Shown piece by piece: positions 31,261 through 37,066 of a stretch of DNA of 37,066 bases. The stretch's first letter is position 1, and every line of letters begins with the position of its first letter. A program made the position numbers and the translations under genes. A model generated the notes under the pieces. That model was not told where the DNA came from, did not search any database, and saw only the letters and a list, made by a program, of their open reading frames with translations. Source of the stretch: a virus. The stretch lies in the IMG/VR virus record IMGVR_UViG_3300045996_001975; one strand, given 5' to 3'.

Positions 31261-32130
31261 ATGCAACCCAACCAGGCATACGCCTACCCCCAGCAGCCGC
31301 AGCAGCCCCCGCAGGGTTGGGGCCAGCCGCCCCAGCAGCCGCAGTACGCCCAGCCGCCGCAGGGTTGGGCCCAGCCCGCCCAGCAGCTCGCCCCGCCACC
31401 GGCCAACCCGCTCGCCGGTCTCCAGCCGCCGCAGCGTCGCGCCGAGGGCGAGGGCGCCGGCCAGTCGCCCCGGATCAAAGATCTGGGCATCGGTCGGCTG
31501 ATCCTGATCTGCCCGAAGTCGCTGGAGAAGGACGCGCCCGGGTTCCAGCCCGGACAGAAGCTCGACAAGCTGATTGCCGACATGGTCGTGCTCTCCGGCG
31601 ACCCGTACCAGTTCGGCGGCTCGGACGGCGGCAACGGCAACCCGGCCCGCCCGCACGACAAGGTGGGCTACGCGCCGTGCCGGTACAACAACGTCTGGAT
31701 CAACTCGACGGCCGTCGTCAAGGCCTGCTCCGGCGCTCTGGCCGAGGTGCAGGCCGGCCGTCCCGGGATGGTTCTGGGACGCCTGGCCAAGGGTGAGCGG
31801 GCGTGGCTGCTCGACGCGCCCAGCGATCAGGACATGGCGCTGGCGTCGGACTACTTGACCCGCACCTCCGCCGGCCAGCAGCTGGACAAGCAGCCGACCC
31901 CCCTCGCGGGGCAGGCGCCCCAGCAGCCCCCGCAGGGCTACGCGCAGGCCTACATCGGCAGCCCGGACCCCGCAGCGCAGTACGCCCCGCAGGCACCGAT
32001 GCCGATGCCGCAGCAGCCGGCGATGGATCCGCAGTACGCGGCCTTCCTGGCTTACCAGCAGCAGCAGATGCAGGCCCAGCAGCAGCCCCAGCAGCCGCAG
32101 CCTCAGGCCGGCTGGGCAGCGGGGGTCTGA
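31261..32130 (+). CDS. Protein with P/Q-rich low-complexity termini flanking a globular core (289 aa)
   Basis: The N terminus is QQPQQPPQGWGQPPQQPQYAQPPQGWAQPAQQ and the C terminus is QQQQMQAQQQPQQPQPQ. The central ~170 aa are ordinary sequence. SD ACGGAG. Confidence 0.7.
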   Translation: MQPNQAYAYPQQPQQPPQGWGQPPQQPQYAQPPQGWAQPAQQLAPPPANPLAGLQPPQRRAEGEGAGQSPRIKDLGIGRLILICPKSLEKDAPGFQPGQKLDKLIADMVVLSGDPYQFGGSDGGNGNPARPHDKVGYAPCRYNNVWINSTAVVKACSGALAEVQAGRPGMVLGRLAKGERAWLLDAPSDQDMALASDYLTRTSAGQQLDKQPTPLAGQAPQQPPQGYAQAYIGSPDPAAQYAPQAPMPMPQQPAMDPQYAAFLAYQQQQMQAQQQPQQPQPQAGWAAGV

Positions 32131-32132
32131 TC

Positions 32133-32324
32133 GTGGCGACGACCAACGACCGCATCGCGGCCACCACGGCCGAGACGCGCCCCCGCGCCACCCCACCGCC
32201 GGCGCACCTCCAGTCCGGACCGCTCGGCCGGCGGTTGGCGCAGGCCTCGGTGGGGCAGGGGCAAGGGGATCACGACGAGCGCCGGGGCGGCTTCATCCGC
32301 CGCGCGCTGGGCGGCCGTCGATAG
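32133..32324 (+). CDS. Possible small ORF (63 aa, GTG start)
   Basis: It forms the in-frame tail of track ORF 31803-32324. Third-position G/C is very high. It ends 15 nt before the bidirectional terminator. There is no clear SD. Confidence 0.3.
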   Translation: MATTNDRIAATTAETRPRATPPPAHLQSGPLGRRLAQASVGQGQGDHDERRGGFIRRALGGRR

Positions 32325-32339
32325 CGGTTCCGCATAGGG

Positions 32340-32371
32340 CAAGGGGCGTAGCGAATTCGCTACGCCCCTTG
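32340..32371. terminator. Bidirectional terminator: 32-nt perfect palindrome between the convergent arms
   Basis: caaggggcgtagcg-aatt-cgctacgccccttg, with 14-bp arms. It lies between the end of the plus arm and the stop of the minus-strand holin gene. Confidence 0.7.
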
Positions 32372-32446
32372 CGTGTGTCGGCGGGGAAGGGCCGAGGGGG
32401 TGGTGGGGGTGGCGGCCCACGTCACGACCGACTCCGCAGACTCTAC

Positions 32447-32677
32447 CTAATCGACCGGTACCGCACTCGGCGAGTCGCTCGGGCCGACCCCTGCCCCTGC
32501 CGTGGCGACGCTGGTCAGGATCGACAATGCGAAGCCGCCGGCCGCCGCGTACAGATACGGGCGCCAGTCGCCCGGCGTCCAGTTGGCCGCGTCACTGCCG
32601 GCCACGAGCAGCAGTCCCTGCGCCGCGGTCTTGACGGCACGCTCCATGGCCTGCCGCCAAAACGTTACAGTCCACAT
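32447..32677 (-). CDS. Holin-like membrane protein (76 aa)
   Basis: Two hydrophobic segments. The N terminus (AMERAVKTAAQGLLLVAG) recalls r1t/LL-H-type holins, from memory only. It is the last gene of the lysis cluster. Confidence 0.5.
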   Translation of the reverse strand: MWTVTFWRQAMERAVKTAAQGLLLVAGSDAANWTPGDWRPYLYAAAGGFALSILTSVATAGAGVGPSDSPSAVPVD

Positions 32678-32683
32678 ACCCCA

Positions 32684-32992
32684 TCACTCCCCTTTGATTT
32701 TCTCGTGCTGCCGGCGCCACAGGAGGGCGACGCGCCACCACGCGGCCACCGGCAGGCCGGCCAGGGCGACCGCCCACGCCCATTGGGGCAAGCCGTCCGG
32801 CAGCCAGCCCAGGACGATCGTAAGCCGGCTCGCCAGCCACATGATCAGAAGCAGCGCCAGCGCGGCCGTGAAGAACATGACGTGCCGGCCTTCGCGGGTG
32901 CCGCGCCAGTCCCGCCGGGCGTACATCGCGACGAACGCCACCAACCCGGCCGCCGCTGCGGCGATCTCGATGGTGACCACCAGGCGGACCAT
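32684..32992 (-). CDS. Membrane protein with 3-4 TM helices (102 aa), holin/antiholin candidate
   Basis: Hydrophobic segments IAAAAAGLVAFVAMY, VMFFTAALALLLIMWLA and WAWAVALAGLPVAAWW. SD GAGAGGTAGG. Confidence 0.55.
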   Translation of the reverse strand: MVRLVVTIEIAAAAAGLVAFVAMYARRDWRGTREGRHVMFFTAALALLLIMWLASRLTIVLGWLPDGLPQWAWAVALAGLPVAAWWRVALLWRRQHEKIKGE

Positions 32993-32997
32993 AGCGC

Positions 32998-33189
32998 CTA
33001 CCTCTCGGGCCGGGGGGGCGCCCGGAGCGCGTCGGCAATCAGGGGCCCCAGGTGGTTCATCTGGCGGACGCGCCTGCGCAACTCGGCGGCCGTGCGGTCG
33101 ATCTCCACGGTAGCCCGCTCCGCCTGCTCAAGGCGATCGCCGGGTGGCTCGACTCGTTCGCGTTTGCGCCAGAACTTCCACCAGCCCAT
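32998..33189 (-). CDS. Small basic coiled-coil protein (63 aa)
   Basis: ATGA overlap at 33189. Sequence starts MGWWKFWRKRERVEPPGDRLEQAERATVEIDRTAAELRRR... Confidence 0.5.
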   Translation of the reverse strand: MGWWKFWRKRERVEPPGDRLEQAERATVEIDRTAAELRRRVRQMNHLGPLIADALRAPPRPER

Positions 33190-33503
33190 CAGTCAGCGCC
33201 TTCCCGGTCTTCTCCCCGGCGCAGCTTAGCTTCCTGCTCGATGGAACGCAGAAGAGCCGTAGCCGACTTCAGCTCGCCCAGTGCGGTCAGCACCGCGCCC
33301 GCGTGCGTGTCCGCTACGGCCTTCCACTCGGCCGCGCGCTGGTCCGCTCGAGCGATGGACTGCCGGGACCAGTACCACTGCAAGCTGACGACCACCACCG
33401 TGACGAAAACCCACGGGCCGCCCTCCCTCGCAAGCGCGGACAACCCGCCCACGGGGTCAGCTTCGGCGTAGGCGTACAGGGCGGCGAGGACGTCAGCGAA
33501 CAT
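33189..33503 (-). CDS. Single-pass membrane protein (104 aa), lysis-associated
   Basis: TM helix PWVFVTVVVVSLQWYW followed by a helical tail. It lies directly after the endolysin. Confidence 0.55.
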   Translation of the reverse strand: MFADVLAALYAYAEADPVGGLSALAREGGPWVFVTVVVVSLQWYWSRQSIARADQRAAEWKAVADTHAGAVLTALGELKSATALLRSIEQEAKLRRGEDREGAD

Positions 33504-33514
33504 AAAAAACTATC

Positions 33515-34330
33515 CTACGGGGACGGCTGATTGACGACGATCTCGACGTCGGTGCGCGCCAGCACCTCGGCCACCGCGGCGTGCACAACGGGCTTCAGCG
33601 CCGCGGCCAGCTGGGCATAGTCGATCTGCACGGGGGCTGGCGCCTGAATCTGGCCGGCCAGGGCATCCACCTTCTCGATGACCGTACCGACCCCGCGCGC
33701 CGCGATCTCGCCGCGCTTGATCCACCAGTCCGCCCCCGACGTCACACCGAGGTTGTCCGAGCCGATGACGTGCGCCCAGACCGCTCCCGCGATTTGCTGA
33801 ATATCCTGTGGTGTCACAGCTTTTACCGCCTCCCATAGCCTGAGTGCCTTGGCCTCCAGGGCCGGCACGTCTTGTGGCCGACGCACGAATTCGAAGTGCA
33901 TCGGATCTTTCGTCCCGCCGTACCATCCGCCCCAGAAAAATCCGAACGCCCAGAGGACGCTGACCATCCGAGGTGGGATGGTGGATTTCCAAGTGGTGGA
34001 CGACATCGGGTTGTCCCGCCAGTTCACGTCCACGGCCAGCCCCCACGAGTGGTTGCTGGGGTAGGTCGTACCGGCGATGGCGCGGCAGTTGAATCCGCCC
34101 GTGTCCTCACGGCGGATCACGTAGTTGTCCACTGTGGAGCAGTAGTTGAGCAGGGACCGCACCAACACCGCGATCTCGTGACGTACGCTGACGCGCGCCC
34201 CGCCGACCAGCTCAACCACTGTCATCTTGCTTGCCTGGCAGTCCGGCCACCCCGTACCCCAGCCGCGCTCCTGCGCGTTGTTGCGGGCGACCGGACCGGG
34301 CGAAGACGGGTACTCCGATTGGGCGACCAT
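33515..34330 (-). CDS. Endolysin, peptidase M15 (VanY / L-Ala-D-Glu peptidase-like) with an unknown C-terminal domain (271 aa)
   Basis: Zn-ligand motifs SNHSWGLAVDVN (H-x6-D) and DPMHFEF. SD GAGGGAGG lies upstream of ATG 34330. Confidence 0.8.
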   Translation of the reverse strand: MVAQSEYPSSPGPVARNNAQERGWGTGWPDCQASKMTVVELVGGARVSVRHEIAVLVRSLLNYCSTVDNYVIRREDTGGFNCRAIAGTTYPSNHSWGLAVDVNWRDNPMSSTTWKSTIPPRMVSVLWAFGFFWGGWYGGTKDPMHFEFVRRPQDVPALEAKALRLWEAVKAVTPQDIQQIAGAVWAHVIGSDNLGVTSGADWWIKRGEIAARGVGTVIEKVDALAGQIQAPAPVQIDYAQLAAALKPVVHAAVAEVLARTDVEIVVNQPSP

Positions 34331-34873
34331 CTAAGCCTCCCTCTTCATCTCCATATACGAGCCAGCGTACAGAATCAGATCGGTAGCAACGGCCAGGTTC
34401 TGCGCCCACTGGAAAACAAGCTGGCCGGCGGTGCTACCCATGGCCAGATCGAACCAAATCTCAGCCGTCACTGGTGCGGCCGTCCCGCCGCCGGTGTTGT
34501 GCGTGCCGAACACCATGTCGGACAAGGGGCTGGCCATGGCCAGGATCGACCCGAAACGTACGTCGCCTTCGAAGTCCGACTGGTTGGTGCCCGACTCCGG
34601 CGCGAGCCACCCCGCCGACACCGTGGCGCCGGAGGGGTAGGTGAACCTTCCCTTGAGGTCGATCGTGTTGGTGGCTGAGTAGATCAGGTGCAGGTGCCCT
34701 GTATATGTGGTGTTGATGCTCGGTGTCAGGAGAAGGTGGTTATCGTCCTGGTACGTCGTCGAGTTGTTGACAGTTTCGTTGCCGGTCTTGCGCGCCTTCA
34801 GCGTCTCGACGGAAGCGAACGCATCATTCAGATCGTCCGCCGTCAAGATCTGTCCGCTCAGAAACGACGTCAT
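34331..34873 (-). CDS. Minor tail / fibre-like protein (180 aa)
   Basis: Lies after the large minor tail protein. Beta-rich and Thr/Asn/Gly-rich, with ILTADDLND at the N terminus. SD GGTAAGGGGAAGGG. Confidence 0.55.
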   Translation of the reverse strand: MTSFLSGQILTADDLNDAFASVETLKARKTGNETVNNSTTYQDDNHLLLTPSINTTYTGHLHLIYSATNTIDLKGRFTYPSGATVSAGWLAPESGTNQSDFEGDVRFGSILAMASPLSDMVFGTHNTGGGTAAPVTAEIWFDLAMGSTAGQLVFQWAQNLAVATDLILYAGSYMEMKREA

Positions 34874-34882
34874 CCCTTCCCC

Positions 34883-37066
34883 TTACCTGGCCAGGCGTAG
34901 CGGGTACGCCAGTTGGAAGCTGTCCCCGGCGCTGGCCGCCGCGGCGAAGCCGTTGTGCCCCCGGTCGGCGGTGACTGTCTGCGCGTCACACCGTAGCGCC
35001 ACCACGGCCGCGCGGGAGATAGCGCTCGCGCCACCGGTCACCGCGAACGTGCCGGCCGAGATGTTCACCGCATCGGTCTGTATCTGGTACGCCCAGACGA
35101 TGCCCTGATCGTCGCCGGTGGTGGTGTCCGGCTCGGAGATCTCCGTCCCCGGGCTGGCCACCGATGTCCAGTCGTCTTGCTTCCAGCCGACGTAGAGAAT
35201 CAGCGAGTTGCGCTGCTCCACCCGCAGCGGGGGGTAGGTGATGTCCTGCGCGGACCCGTTGATGGTGGCCGCGAATCCGTGGAAGCAGTTGGCCGCGCTG
35301 TACCACTTGCCCGGCAGGTAGATGATCTGCGCGGTGGTGTCGGCGTTGGCCACGCCGCCGGTGAACGCCACCGACGGGGCGGCTTCGCTGCCGTCGTGGA
35401 TCTTCGCGAAGAGCTGCACGTTGGATGTCGACGGGAAGACGTCGAGCCGCGTCCAGTCGGTGGGCGTGGTGGGCACTCCGGCTCCGCTGTTGCGGATGGC
35501 CGCGAGCAGGACCATCAGGTTGCCCGCCCCCGCCCCCGCTGGGATGGCCGGGGACACGCTCGCGTTCACCCCGTGCGCGACCGTACCGACCCCGCCGAAG
35601 GTGATCGGACTCTCGGCGATGGCAGTCACGCTCATCACCTCGCCGCCGCGCCGGGTCAGCATCGGTTCGACGAATTGCGCGGTGTCGGTAACCCATAGCG
35701 GCCCGGTCGTGGTGGCCACGTCGAAGCTGGTGTCGGCCGAGGTGATGGCCTCGGCGAGCACACTGCCGGCGGTGTCCAGCCGTGAGCGCGCCGCGAGGTC
35801 GAGCTGGCCCACCGTCCAGATGCCGCCCGGCGAAGCGTTCCACCACAGGCCGCCGCTGGACTTGTTGCCCAGCGTCTCGCGCACCCCCTGGATAACCGCA
35901 CTGATGGTGTCGGGCGGGAGCCAGGCCGGCGGGTTGGCGATGGTCACCAGGTCCCCGACGTCGAGCGCGTGCAGGTCCGCGGTCAGCTCGCTGTCCGCGG
36001 TGAACACCGTGCGCGCGCGCTCGATCCCGATGGACGGCCAGCGGTACTCGTCCCACGTACCCTCGTGCAGCCACCATCCCGCCACCCCGGGCAGCTGCTC
36101 GTCGGTGGCGACGTTAACCGTCTGCGGGTACTCGTACACGCCCGCCCCGGCCGGCGGCTGGGCGGTACTGAGCGGGCCGGTCAACTGCTCGGCGGTGTAC
36201 GAGCCGCCGTCCGGGCGGGACGCGATGATCAGGTTGCGCAGTGGTTGATCATCGTCGTTCGGGTCGAACGGTTCGGAGATGTGCTGCTCGTAGTCGAGCT
36301 GCAACCCGGGCTGGTTGTAGAGGCTGATCCGCGTGCGGTACGCCACGCCGAACGCGGCGCGCGGTTCGTAGAGGATGCCGCCGTCGGCCAGCTCGGCGGC
36401 CACCAACAGGTCGATCAACTTGCCTTCGCCCTGCGGCCCCATCGGGGCGGTGTCGCTCAGGTCCCCGACGTTGACCAGGTTCACCCCCTCTTCTTGGCAC
36501 AGGCGTTCGATACGTGCGCCGGCGGTCTCGCCCGCCCAGCCGCTCATCGCCGAAGGCAGGTCGTTGAGCGCGGCCACCGAGTTGGCCACGACGAGATGTC
36601 CAACCACCGTGTCGACCAGCAGCCCGCCGTGGCCAGCGATGACCAGGTGCACCCGGGTGAGGGTCTGCGACGCGAAGGTGCCGCTGAACAGGGTCTCCGT
36701 CAGGGTGCCGTCGCTGGCCGCCCGGGTGGTCTGCACGCCCCAGTCGACCCCCGTGCCGTCCTGAGCCAGGGTGACCGACAACAGGACCGCGCGGTTGCGC
36801 ACGTCGAAGGCGAGAGCGCCGGAGGTGGCCAGCTCGGTGTCGGTCGCGTCGTAGATGTGCAGCGAGAGCTGCCCGCCGGAGCGGTAGCGGATCGCCATGC
36901 GGCGCACGCCCCCGGCGTCGCAGTACCAGTCCGCGAGGACAGCGGTGTCGGTCAGGCCGGCCGCCGGCACATGCAGCAGCATGTGCACCGCGATCTCACC
37001 GTCGAAGTCGTAGGCGTTCACCCCGCCCCGCAGTTCGCCCGCCGTGGTGACCGGCAGGGCGCGGGA
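34883..37066 (-). CDS. Minor tail protein, C-terminal part of the wrap-around ORF (joins 1-1348)
   Basis: The frame is open to the right window edge. The listed start at 37021 is only the first GTG inside the window. Upstream codons (SRALPVTTAGELRGG) continue the frame. The stop TAA lies at 34883-34885. Confidence 0.8.
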   Translation of the reverse strand, partial: SRALPVTTAGELRGGVNAYDFDGEIAVHMLLHVPAAGLTDTAVLADWYCDAGGVRRMAIRYRSGGQLSLHIYDATDTELATSGALAFDVRNRAVLLSVTLAQDGTGVDWGVQTTRAASDGTLTETLFSGTFASQTLTRVHLVIAGHGGLLVDTVVGHLVVANSVAALNDLPSAMSGWAGETAGARIERLCQEEGVNLVNVGDLSDTAPMGPQGEGKLIDLLVAAELADGGILYEPRAAFGVAYRTRISLYNQPGLQLDYEQHISEPFDPNDDDQPLRNLIIASRPDGGSYTAEQLTGPLSTAQPPAGAGVYEYPQTVNVATDEQLPGVAGWWLHEGTWDEYRWPSIGIERARTVFTADSELTADLHALDVGDLVTIANPPAWLPPDTISAVIQGVRETLGNKSSGGLWWNASPGGIWTVGQLDLAARSRLDTAGSVLAEAITSADTSFDVATTTGPLWVTDTAQFVEPMLTRRGGEVMSVTAIAESPITFGGVGTVAHGVNASVSPAIPAGAGAGNLMVLLAAIRNSGAGVPTTPTDWTRLDVFPSTSNVQLFAKIHDGSEAAPSVAFTGGVANADTTAQIIYLPGKWYSAANCFHGFAATINGSAQDITYPPLRVEQRNSLILYVGWKQDDWTSVASPGTEISEPDTTTGDDQGIVWAYQIQTDAVNISAGTFAVTGGASAISRAAVVALRCDAQTVTADRGHNGFAAAASAGDSFQLAYPLRLAR
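36940..37066. repeat. Terminal direct repeat, copy 2 (identical to 1-127)
   Basis: Same 127-nt string as the window start. Confidence 0.95.

Noticed and set aside
31192-32196. 334-aa minus-strand ORF antisense to the P/Q-rich gene
   Set aside because: It is the reverse complement of CAG/CCG-rich repeats, giving Leu/Arg/Gly-rich low complexity. It has no SD and would collide with the bidirectional terminator layout.

Overview
This window is one complete genome of a GC-rich tailed phage with siphovirus-type gene order and actinobacterial-style codon usage (G/C at almost every third codon position). The first 127 nt are identical to the last 127 nt, so the contig closes on itself with a unit length of 36,939 bp.

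A long leftward (minus-strand) gene train runs from about 25,900 down to 1, then wraps to 36,939 and continues down to 32,447. In transcription order it encodes:
- a ribbon-helix-helix (RHH) regulator
- a prim-pol/AAA helicase
- a palindrome array (candidate origin or operator)
- a second RHH protein
- an SF2 helicase
- a RusA-like resolvase
- small unknown genes
- an HTH protein that may be the small terminase
- TerL
- a portal-MuF fusion
- a ClpP-like prohead protease
- an HK97-fold major capsid protein
- five unknown virion-region genes
- head-tail joining genes
- the major tail protein
- a truncated tail-tube paralogue
- tail chaperones G and G-T with a CCCUUUG -1 slippery site
- the tape measure protein
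- a roughly 1134-aa minor tail protein that spans the contig junction
- a second minor tail protein
- an M15 endolysin
- four small holin-like or membrane proteins

A rightward (plus-strand) accessory arm (25,972-32,324) holds at least 14 small ORFs. It also has three tandem promoter/leader/micro-ORF cassettes, a Cas4-like PD-(D/E)XK nuclease, two tRNA-like RNAs with aberrant anticodon arms, a secreted Cys-rich protein and a P/Q-rich protein.

I saw no integrase, transposase, rRNA, CRISPR array or LysB-type esterase.

Many track ORFs are arginine-rich antisense or out-of-frame artefacts typical of high-GC DNA. Several real starts are better placed at ATGA/GTGA stop-start overlaps than at the longest-ORF start.

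All functional calls come from motif recognition by eye; no database search was possible.
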